A stretch of DNA of 64,000 nucleotides from Oopsacas minuta. Taxonomy: Eukaryota > Animalia > Porifera. Of this stretch, positions 22,349 through 32,600 are shown in pieces. Within the stretch, counting starts at the first letter, position 1; each line of letters begins with the position of its first letter. The DNA is taken from positions 434,001-498,000 of the forward strand of contig JAKMXF010000321.1 of the NCBI GenBank assembly GCA_024704765.1, given 5' to 3'. The position numbers and the translations under genes are program-made. The notes beneath the pieces were generated by a model that was not told the origin of the DNA, did not search any database, and worked only from the letters and a program-made list of their open reading frames with translations.

Positions 22349-22770
22349 TATATATACGTATATATACAGTTATACACCAATTTTAACACATTCTGTGGAC
22401 ACCCTACCATAGGCTGCAGTACAAACTTTGGGATCCTGTGGACCCAGAGGCGTATCCAGGGTGCTGTATTTGCCGCAGCCTTTGTATAAATAAGGTCCCA
22501 AACCGTCAAAGTAACATATTTTCATCGGTTATATGGATCTTATTTTCGCGGTCCCTTGAGCTACGATATAGCGGGAGTTGACTGTGTTTTATATGTTTCT
22601 GCTTATGCTATAATTCCATGTAATTACTCTAATATTTTGAGAAACTGATTAGCATCATTTCATCTTAGTTCTCATTTCATCTTAGTTCTATCAAGTGAGC
22701 ATTAAATACTGTCGAATTGTCATTCTCGAAAAGAAACATTTTACAATTATAACTTGTAAAAACTTACACT

Positions 22771-24849
22771 ATGACAGACGACCAGCTGAGTCAAATGAAA
22801 AAGTCACTTCGAGCAGTTTTGATATCCTGCCCTGAAGGAACTCCTCTTGCTAAGGTGGAATCAGATTACCGATCGTTTATGGGAGAATCACTTTCTTATC
22901 GACAATTTGGGTTTAGAAATATTGAATCTTTCCTCCGTTCTATCCCAGATACTGTCCGTGTAAGCGGGCCAATTGCTTATGGTGTTGCGTGTGAGGAAAT
23001 TAAGCATGTTACGAAGTTAATAAATAATCAAAGAAAAGTAACTTCAAACCTTAAGAATGTTAGAAGAGCGAGGGATAATGCTAGACTTCAACCTTTCTTC
23101 CCTCATCCGAGTATTCCAAACAAATACTCTTGGGGTTCTGGTGCTCCTCAACACGCCCCACTGTACCCTCCTTTGCCTCCTCCTCATCATCCAATACATT
23201 ATTCTCAATACGGTCATCGACACCATGGACCCCCTAGACACCCTGGTCCTCATGGTCCCCAGCAAATGAGACACCCTCCATTTTATCCACCACCAGTGAC
23301 GCCTCCTCTTCCTTCCCATTCAGATTTCCACCCAAGTTCTCATCCTCCGAAATTCCAACCGTCCGCTCCCCTAAATTCTCCACACTCGCACTCCCCAAGT
23401 CCAACTCCTAGCGAAACCGGAGATGAAATAATATTCAGTAACGCTGAAATAATAGAATTGCTTAAAAAGGAAGACGTCTACATCACAAAACAGCTAGTAA
23501 TTATCCTATCTCTAGCATTCCCTTATATATACAGAGGTTCACATATTGCTATTCTAGACCTGAGTATTCCCTTATGTATTGACATTGCTACTGCAGTAGC
23601 TTTTGATTGTGAAGAGGAGCTGGAAGGAACACCAGCTATCCTCGTATGTAAAATGCAAGATGTCTATGACTGCACTCAACTGGAGAAATCTTCTAGAGTT
23701 AAACTATTTAATGTTAATGAATTCAAAAGTACAAAGGTCAAAGTTCTTACAATAAAATTCCCTGAGATGATTAATCTTCTAACCAGTAATAACGATCATT
23801 TCTATAAGTCAGTAACGTTTGTAATATTCGTGGATATTAAACCAGCTCATATGCTGATAATTCATGATCTTCTTCCCCCTGAATTACAATATCTTTTCTT
23901 ATTCACTTCTTCCTGTAACGGAATTTCATATAAGCCTCCACATGTTGTAATACGAAAATGGGGTACTCAATATACAGACGTAGCTTATAATAATGAAACC
24001 ATTATTGATAAGTTAAAGTATAAATTATCTTACCTGAATAATTCTCCTATACCCTCTCCTTCTACGTTACTCCCAACACCCCCTGTTGTGACCCAACAAA
24101 CGACAACACAACCACCACCTCGACCAACCGAACAACAACAACAACAACAGGCCGCCAAGAAGCCCACACCTTCAGAAGAGAATTCTCCAGTTAGAACAAA
24201 CTGTGTTTCCGCTACAGAAAGGACTAGGTTTCCATCTGATGGTCTTAGGCATTTATCCGAAGCTTCTTTCAAAGCTAATATAAACATGTTTATACAAGCA
24301 GGCCCTAATAAAGGTAAAACCTGTCTCCTAATAGAATTTGCTCTTAGTAAAGTTGATGTTACACAAGATATGCTACAAGTAATACTTACTGCTCCTAATC
24401 CCAAAACATCTGGACAATTATTCCTGAGATTAAAGGAATACGTTAATTTACAAGATATAACTGAGGTTAGAGCATTTGGGTATACTGAAGGAAATTTTGA
24501 GAAATTATCTCTTTACATTAGTGAACAAAAGGTTCATGTTTTAGTCATTGAAAATTCTCATTTACCTGCTCTACAATCTAAGAGCCCTGCTTTGTTAAAG
24601 AACTGTAAACTACTGGGCTGTGACGAGCTATATGGGAGTTTTTATACTAAACAAGTGCCTACTACGGTTTCTGGTTGTTTTAGAAAACTTAACCCGAATA
24701 CTACACAGATTATAACGATTGCTCATCCGAGTGACAAGGAGGAAATATTACAATCTCACATGCCGAAGCCTTTCTGGCATATTAAGGAAGAAATTGGAAG
24801 TACTGAACAGAAGGAAAAGTATCTAGTTACGTTTTTCAATAACAATTAA
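22771..24849 (+). CDS. LOTUS/OST-HTH domain + Pro/His-rich linker + two degenerate DEAD-box RecA1-like modules
   Basis: LRAVLISCPEGTPLAKVESDYRSFMGESLSYRQFGFRNIESFLRSIPDTV resembles the TDRD5/TDRD7 LOTUS domain. C-terminal module has AGPNKGKT, LQVILTAPN, CDELY, QIITIAH. Confidence 0.8.
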   Translation: MTDDQLSQMKKSLRAVLISCPEGTPLAKVESDYRSFMGESLSYRQFGFRNIESFLRSIPDTVRVSGPIAYGVACEEIKHVTKLINNQRKVTSNLKNVRRARDNARLQPFFPHPSIPNKYSWGSGAPQHAPLYPPLPPPHHPIHYSQYGHRHHGPPRHPGPHGPQQMRHPPFYPPPVTPPLPSHSDFHPSSHPPKFQPSAPLNSPHSHSPSPTPSETGDEIIFSNAEIIELLKKEDVYITKQLVIILSLAFPYIYRGSHIAILDLSIPLCIDIATAVAFDCEEELEGTPAILVCKMQDVYDCTQLEKSSRVKLFNVNEFKSTKVKVLTIKFPEMINLLTSNNDHFYKSVTFVIFVDIKPAHMLIIHDLLPPELQYLFLFTSSCNGISYKPPHVVIRKWGTQYTDVAYNNETIIDKLKYKLSYLNNSPIPSPSTLLPTPPVVTQQTTTQPPPRPTEQQQQQQAAKKPTPSEENSPVRTNCVSATERTRFPSDGLRHLSEASFKANINMFIQAGPNKGKTCLLIEFALSKVDVTQDMLQVILTAPNPKTSGQLFLRLKEYVNLQDITEVRAFGYTEGNFEKLSLYISEQKVHVLVIENSHLPALQSKSPALLKNCKLLGCDELYGSFYTKQVPTTVSGCFRKLNPNTTQIITIAHPSDKEEILQSHMPKPFWHIKEEIGSTEQKEKYLVTFFNNN

Positions 24850-25068
24850 TTGGCTATATTGACATGTTCGATGGTTAAACTAAATTCTAATCCATAATCT
24901 AACTTTTGCTACCTGTACACAGATATAATCTGTCATGGATCTTCAAGGTTAACCGAATAACTTTTACATATATTTGGTGATTATCTTAATGTTACGCTCT
25001 CTTTTTCTGGGTATTATATCTTTCAATAATTATATCTTTCAATAATTATATCTTGCAAGTTCATTACA

Positions 25069-25254
25069 CAGTGGAGTCTCCAAAAACGGACACTCCGAGA
25101 AGCGGACAACTCCATACAACGGACAAACCTTCTGGCACGGATTGAATTTGCCAAGCATGTAATTACTGCTTAAGCAGTCTCCGAGGAGCGGACAACTCCC
25201 TATAACGGACAGAAGCGATGTCCCCAACGTGTCCGTTATTCGGAGACTTTACTG
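25069..25254. mobile_element. MITE family C copy
   Basis: Very similar to 22179-22348, same orientation. Confidence 0.88.
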
Positions 25255-25515
25255 TATTATCGTTTTGTTTCAGGTCGAGCCGATTACTGCCTGTGAGTTA
25301 CAAGTGTAATGAATAGTATGTTGGCAGCCAATTCCCTCCAGAATTTTGACATTTGTACACATTTTTATATGTAAACTATTGGTTAATTTCCCTTTCTTCT
25401 CTTTTGAAAATTGTTAATTGTTAAATTCTCGCAGTTAGAAACGTGAAAATATTTATTTTAAGTAATTACGTATTCACAGAACAGCAAACATATCTTACAA
25501 CATTCAAAATTCTTA

Positions 25516-26940
25516 TCAATTATCAAAATTGAGAAATCTCATTGCATCGATTGTCCTAATTATAAAATTTAGCAAAGCACCAACACCAAACGGGATAATA
25601 GTATTAAACACACTAATAGAGTAATCTCCCAGAAATGCAATCTCAAAACGTTCTTTACTGGCAGATATCATGCTCAATTCTAGCTTCATATCATTCTTAA
25701 ACTTATCCATACCTTCCTCAATTACAAAATGTGTAATAGCATTTTCATCTTCTGATAGAACTGAGTCACTGAACTTTTCCAATTTTGTATTAAGAGCTAT
25801 TATAGCATCACTCATCAGCCAAACACTTATGAATTGGTACATGTATATGAACGGTGTTCTAAACGCGATCAAAACATCTAGTCTATCATTTGTCTTGCCA
25901 ATTTCTGCCAGTTTCTGGGTGAAACCAATATTATCTGATCCTACATAGCTTGTGAATAGACTGGTTAGTATTAGGAAAACTGCAATGATATTTATTGTAG
26001 CAACGTAGTGAACGACTTTTGAATATTCCTTAACACGACTAGTTAATTCATAATATGCTAGAATTGGCCTTTGAATTTTCAAACTCCAATTTTCCATGTT
26101 GCCTGCTTTTATGAAATCTTTCGATTGCATAACTGCGATTTTAACTTGATATTGTAACTCTTCACATATGTATCTAACTGTAATACATGCAAACACAGGG
26201 CTCAAATGCCAGTGTATTGTGATAATATACGTCAAATATTTGTACCATAAATTGTGTTCCTCGTTGTCATGATTCGTAGGGTTCTTAGTCTCCAATTCTA
26301 GTGGGAAGATTTCTATATACGTGTTAACCCATGATAAGCTTTTAAACTTGCTGAAAATAATACAAGCCATAAGGAATGGGAGAATTATTATAATCAAATA
26401 TGCGAAGAAGATTGCTATTCCAGAGAAGATCTTGTTTTTACTAGCAGGAAAACTGAGTTCGTCTTTTGTAGATGGAGCTAACGGAATTCTGAAAGTTATT
26501 CGCTTGAAAATATCCGAGTTTACAAAAATGAAGTAGCAAGAACCAAGGGAAATAAGCGAATCAATCAAATCTGTAACGAATAATACTTCTCCAATTATAT
26601 CATTATTTAATGAGGTAGAGTTACGACTGTTTCTCACATTCTCATCAATCCAGAATAGAACGAACTGGAATACAACTTGTGCCGTGAAAAGTACGAAAAT
26701 TAACGCTTGACCAATTCTCATAACACATTTTCCAATTTTGTTACATTTTTCCGATTGTTGGTAACGTTTTGGTAAAACTTTGGTTGAATTCGAGATAACA
26801 TATCGAATGAATTCAAGTGTTAAAAAGCTATATAAGATTACTGGAGTATACCATAATAATTTTCTTAGATATAGCACTGAACATGTTACACGATTCCTAC
26901 TGCCCTGGGCGAGTAGAGGGGTCATTTCCTGAGCTAGCAT
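25516..26940 (-). CDS. Multipass membrane protein, gustatory-receptor-like / 7TM ion channel (7TMIC) architecture
   Basis: 474-aa intronless ORF with about 8 hydrophobic segments, a long amphipathic helix after the fifth, and a split terminal segment. The ORF is solid; the family call is inferred. Confidence 0.6.
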   Translation of the reverse strand: MLAQEMTPLLAQGSRNRVTCSVLYLRKLLWYTPVILYSFLTLEFIRYVISNSTKVLPKRYQQSEKCNKIGKCVMRIGQALIFVLFTAQVVFQFVLFWIDENVRNSRNSTSLNNDIIGEVLFVTDLIDSLISLGSCYFIFVNSDIFKRITFRIPLAPSTKDELSFPASKNKIFSGIAIFFAYLIIIILPFLMACIIFSKFKSLSWVNTYIEIFPLELETKNPTNHDNEEHNLWYKYLTYIITIHWHLSPVFACITVRYICEELQYQVKIAVMQSKDFIKAGNMENWSLKIQRPILAYYELTSRVKEYSKVVHYVATINIIAVFLILTSLFTSYVGSDNIGFTQKLAEIGKTNDRLDVLIAFRTPFIYMYQFISVWLMSDAIIALNTKLEKFSDSVLSEDENAITHFVIEEGMDKFKNDMKLELSMISASKERFEIAFLGDYSISVFNTIIPFGVGALLNFIIRTIDAMRFLNFDN

Positions 26941-27254
26941 TCACAATAAATAAATTTATATTTTCACAAAATTTACATAATTTAGTTATTTTATACAATT
27001 ATTATTTTCAGCAATTTCTATATAAGTAATCGGTAATTATTTTATGGATTTTTGTGGTATTTTTCCCAGATTATGTTTACATGATTTGGGAATAAAGTTA
27101 CTCTCAATTTTCCTACACAAATCATGAGAGTAGTTTACTATTACAATTAGTATTACATGATGCCTTATTAAATATCTATGTGTTTTCCTATCCTTTGCAC
27201 TGTTTGATCTATTTTTATTTGATATTTAGACATTCCATAACACACATATATCTA

Positions 27255-29207
27255 ATGTCGCTAACAAACCCAATAAAATCAACTCTAATTAGCCTCATTG
27301 AGGAGCATAAGGTCGATATCGAAGTTATCCCAGATTTCTACTTACACACATTTGCATATCTGTTGGGAAGAGAGAGCCTAGTTCTAGAAGGATTTGAAGT
27401 TAACCTATCTATTGCATTATTTGATTTATTCGTGTTAGAACAAGCTAAAAATTATGAGACTGACAAACATATTCATCTGATATATTTCGGTTCTAATAGC
27501 AGAACAATCTCTAAGATCTCCTCACTAAACCCCCCTATACTCTCAGATAGTACTCCCCCGACTCCTATAGTAGAATTAAATCTACAACAACTATGTCAGT
27601 TAAATCAGAATAATATTCCTCGGCTCAAGGATGTATCCGTTACCCTTGTCTTATTCCTAATCGATGATCTTATTTCTAGTCTTATATTCCAACCGAATTG
27701 GCAAATTATTGTGATACCTATAACAAAGTTTGAAGGTTCATGCCAGAATATATCTGTAAACTTTTTGAAAATTGCACAGAGTAGTGACGTCATTAGAATT
27801 GAGCGAGTGCAAGAACGGATATCTAAAATATCATTAAATGAAAATATTCCTCAATCAGAAATAGCTACACAGAATCATTCTTATCCAACTAATACAATTG
27901 AAATTGTTGCTTCATCTGCTCAATTAATGTGTAAGAACCATGGATTCGCTATAGATATGAATGATACTTTACTTCCCTCGCTTATATACACACTCCTAGG
28001 GGAGAATGTCATTATGCATACTTACAGTGAGATTGACTTTATACATGTAGTCGGTATTGTTGCTTCTGAGAATCAAACCGGTGAATATGGTAATTTATTT
28101 ATTTGTATAGAAAGTCTTGAAGACCGTCAGAAACTCCTAGACTTCAAACGTTCCGTAGATTTCCATGAGTCTCAAATCTTAGAGACAATCAATAACGAAT
28201 CCCATAGCAATTATTTAATTACCGCAACTGAATTTAACCAAATCAAATCCTCACCTATCCTAAAAGGAAAAAGTGGGATAATTGCACTACAATCTTCTAT
28301 ACCAAAAGAATTAACTAGATTTCTAACTAACCTCCCTACTGGCTATACAGTATTAATTGGTACTGCATGTTATAATGAAGATTTGTTAAAGATTATGACC
28401 CAATTGAGATTTGTACTATTCTCTGGTTATCCTATACGTCCTGTTAAATGTGTTGGTTATAAATCACATGAATTTCAACTATTAGATCTCTCTAAACTGC
28501 CTTATATACCATTGTTTAAACCAAGACCATTGCATGCACACTCTCCTAAGGCCAAGGGAAGGACTAAAAAGAAACCTACAAAAAATAGTGAGCCTATCCC
28601 AGACGAGCCTATATTTATAGACAATAGATTTAGCCTTGAAGATCATTCAAATATTCTTTTAGAATCCCTACTACAATCTCCCTGTAATATCGTAGTACAA
28701 TATGTATCTTCATTTGACTGTAATACTTATTTGAATCATTTGATATCAGTAGTTGATATCACCAGTGAGACGCTACAGGTTATTGTCCATGGAGATTTAG
28801 CATCAATGAATTTTATGTTCGAACAATTCGCTACAAGCGATATAAGGCATAACTGTAATGTGTTTTGTTATTCTAGTGGAAAATTGAGTTCTTTAAAATC
28901 ATTACTGATAACTGAGAAGACACAGATCCTATTTATACCATCTAGTGAGTTCCTTGTTGTTAATAGATCAGCTGTTCTGACAGAGAACTGCAGGATTATG
29001 ATGTATATAGCTATTAACAATACTAATGATTTGCTACCAGGAAGTACATTAGCTTGTCTATATGATGAAGTTCAATTGAGTACACAGATTATAGTAGTTA
29101 CGAAAGATCACTTGAGAATAGATTCTAACTATATTAACACACCCTACTGTCATGTACAGGAATCTAGTGAGCTAGTTAAAGAACAATTTATTCTTACTTT
29201 TTTGTAA
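27255..29207 (+). CDS. Pseudo-helicase paralogue 2 (about 3 degenerate RecA1-like modules)
   Basis: Intronless; first in-frame ATG 27255. C-terminal ISVVDITSETLQVIV...TQIIVV...EQFILTFL aligns with LSKVDVTQDMLQVIL...TQIITI...EKYLVTFF of the LOTUS protein. Confidence 0.75.
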   Translation: MSLTNPIKSTLISLIEEHKVDIEVIPDFYLHTFAYLLGRESLVLEGFEVNLSIALFDLFVLEQAKNYETDKHIHLIYFGSNSRTISKISSLNPPILSDSTPPTPIVELNLQQLCQLNQNNIPRLKDVSVTLVLFLIDDLISSLIFQPNWQIIVIPITKFEGSCQNISVNFLKIAQSSDVIRIERVQERISKISLNENIPQSEIATQNHSYPTNTIEIVASSAQLMCKNHGFAIDMNDTLLPSLIYTLLGENVIMHTYSEIDFIHVVGIVASENQTGEYGNLFICIESLEDRQKLLDFKRSVDFHESQILETINNESHSNYLITATEFNQIKSSPILKGKSGIIALQSSIPKELTRFLTNLPTGYTVLIGTACYNEDLLKIMTQLRFVLFSGYPIRPVKCVGYKSHEFQLLDLSKLPYIPLFKPRPLHAHSPKAKGRTKKKPTKNSEPIPDEPIFIDNRFSLEDHSNILLESLLQSPCNIVVQYVSSFDCNTYLNHLISVVDITSETLQVIVHGDLASMNFMFEQFATSDIRHNCNVFCYSSGKLSSLKSLLITEKTQILFIPSSEFLVVNRSAVLTENCRIMMYIAINNTNDLLPGSTLACLYDEVQLSTQIIVVTKDHLRIDSNYINTPYCHVQESSELVKEQFILTFL

Positions 29208-29669
29208 TTATTCTTTCTAGATTTTATCTATTAAACATAGACATTGAATTTCCAGACAAATTCTGGTCTGACCAGCATTTACAGCAAAACTATTGTACTT
29301 CGTAGTCATATTTCTATTACCATTAATGAGAGTATATTTCCAGCTTTTATGAGGATAATGACAAGTATTTGGAAAGTAAAAGATTGGGATCTATAATGAA
29401 CTCAAATTATGCTTTAATGGGTTATATTATTGCTACTTTGGGTAACATACAGTGCAACCTCCATCGGGGAATCGAGGTAGCATTTTTCTTCCTCCTAGCA
29501 CCCCGTTTGTGGAGGTTCCACTATAATACATTCCAGGTTACGAATAGCTACACATTTACGTAGATTATTGATAAAACTCCATTATTTTTACTTAACTGTC
29601 TCTGAATACAAATAAAATCTGTAGAATTTAGATATTTTTAGATTTTTGTACAATTAGTTAAGCGTTGAA

Positions 29670-32600
29670 ATGGCAAGTTGGGATTCGGACTTTGAATTCC
29701 CTGATTCTCTAGCTAAAACAACCATGGATGAAATGCAATTATCTCAACTCAGTGATAAATATGCTGTAAATATAACCACTTTAAAATCCATTTGTAACAC
29801 AGTTAATAAATATTTCATCAACGGCCGTTCTATTTTGATTACAGAGTACCCTTCCGCGTTACGTACCTGCATACTTGAACACTTCATCTTCAAGTTATTA
29901 CAATTGAATTCTGGAAAGATCATACTTTTACACATTTCTGAAGTTGAACAAGTTTTGATTCCAACGTTAAATATTAAATATTCAAAGTTATTTGGTGGTG
30001 TCTTAACAAATACATTGGATACTACTAAGAGAATATTCACGATATCTAATGACCAATACTCGCATGGATTATTTACATTAATACCCGAACTCACTCGTGA
30101 TAAAATTGTATACTTTTATACTGGAAATAATTCGTTTAACGTCTCGCTAATGCCTGGATTACTGAATGTTCAGAACTTCATTCTTGCTTCTAAGTTATTG
30201 CCGAGCTCAGCTTGTGATATTCCATACTCTTTTGTTCATTTATTCGTAGGAGATCACAATCTTTTACACTCAAATGTGTACTATTTAAATCCTAGTAAAA
30301 CAAAGGTTAACTCAGAGAATTCTGATAGGAAATCAACGCTATCTTTCCCAACAACTATCCAAGGCTCATTATGTGTCCCTCTTGCACCTATTCCAGCCCC
30401 TACATGTACCCCAATCGGAGCTCCTATTGATATCTCATTGAATTCACTCATTCAGAAACACAACATTCCAGAACATACTCGTGTATTAGAATACCTAACC
30501 TGTAATACAATGGAGTGTATGGCGAGAGGAGAATCAGTTGTAATAGACGGATTCTCTCTAGCTGTACTTACTTGTTTGTTAGATTATATAATCACAAAGA
30601 GGTTAGAGACAACTGAAAATTGTTTACGTACTTTGGTTGATTCTACAGAGAATTTTCGATATGAATTGAGCAAACTAGGAGTAATGCAAACTACCGATTT
30701 TTCATATGTAACTCATGATTTTGATTATTCGAAAAGAGTATTATTCATAAAGCTATTAACAATGAGAACTCCTGTCTTGAATTCAGTCCTTGATAATTGT
30801 ATACTGGTTAGTTATACTAAAACTGGCTGTAGTTTAAATAAAGTCAGATTGTTCGATGGTCCAATCGTCTCTCTTACTACATCTAGTAAGCTTTTAGACC
30901 GTACGCTAGCAAATATTACTAAAACTTATACCCGCTTGAGTCATTCAGAAGAAGTAAGGTATGGAGTCATAGATCAAATTCCTGTTCACACCACCAGAGT
31001 AGTAAAACAACAATTTCCAGGACAATACTTCCGAAATTTAGACCAGAAATTAGAAGAAATAATTAATGCAGAACAAGATGCTATCACAGAACCTATAATC
31101 ATTCCAACAGTAAGTACAGCCCCAGATACTGAACTGTTGTTAGGGCTCGTTCAAAAACACAATATTATTGAAGATACCTGTAATCTAGAATATATGATAT
31201 CTACTGTAATGGAATGTATAGAGAGAGGAGATTCAATTGCAATAGAAGGATTCGACAAGAACATACTCACTTGTTTATTGGATTATATTATTGTTAAGAG
31301 AATGGAATCTTTTCGCAGTCCATACTTACACACTATAATTGATTCTACAAAAGTTATTCGAAAACAATTGATAAATTTAGAAATAAGGAGTATTAATGGT
31401 TTTAATGATTCATTAAGTTCACCAAGACAGGTATTATTCACTCAACTGAATCTTTCAAATTTGCATCTACTGAATTCAGAAAATAAAAAGCTTATACTCA
31501 TTAATTATACAAATTATGGTGACAGATTTCCGATTTTGAATCTATTACCCTGTCTCTTTGTATCACTATCGCATTCACGAATTAGTAAAGAGCTGCTAGC
31601 CAAAGTTTCTAGGCCGTTTCTACTCATTACTTATTTGAAAGATTCAAAAACAGTAGAATATAATCGTTTGAATGATTTCAATGTTCATATCCCAAACGAA
31701 CCTCAGAAAACATCAAATTGTATTATGGATACGAATGTGTTACCCAAGAAAATAGATCAATTAATTGATATTGATAGTTTACTACTTCGTCTCTCAAATA
31801 AATATAATTGCTATCTGAATTCAAATGTCTGTTCTACTGTGAATTATTTTATCGAAGAAGGAGAGTCTTTGATTGTCGATAACTTTTCCCAGCTTCAACT
31901 CCTTTATATTATTGATTTCGTTCTTACCATAAAGACGTTTAGAAGGATTTCTTTCTCAGAAACAAAGACTCTGATTTTATGTAGTGAGGAGGATTTACAA
32001 ACTAAACTACAGGTATTGGACGTTATAAGGTCTAGTCAATATTCCTGTATAAACTCAGATGGCACTTTTGATTATAATGGAAAGGTTTTGATATTGCATG
32101 ATATTTCAAGTAAATTTGGTAATATACTAAAGGAACGCTTAAAGTTAGACAAATCTCATCTACTAATACATCTTTACAAAAAGCCACAAGGAAGATTCCA
32201 ACGTAGTTTCTCTCTAATGAACTGCAATGTATTAGGATTGTGTGTAGATAGAACAGAATTATTTCCAAAGAAAAAAACCTTCATTCATCTCACACAGAAT
32301 GAATTTGATCAACTTGAGGTTAATGACTGTAGAGACAATATCAAGAAAACAAAGAGTAAGAATTTTAACTATCCAAATGATGATAAAGTTACAGATGATA
32401 ATAAACTTAAAGATACTCAAAGTATTCTTACAACTTCTGAGAATTTACCTCCTATAACTAACCCTTTATTCCTTAATAAACAGAACCCAATCACTACATT
32501 AATATGCCAGCTGTTTAATAAGCATCAAATAGAACTACTATACACAGATTTGCCTACAGAGCTATATAACGTAACCTTGACTACTCTTATGGATCATAGG

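Noticed and set aside
25013-25053. Short tandem duplications (16-bp unit here; 17-bp unit at 22656-22689)
   Set aside because: Ordinary slippage or repair duplications with no functional signal.
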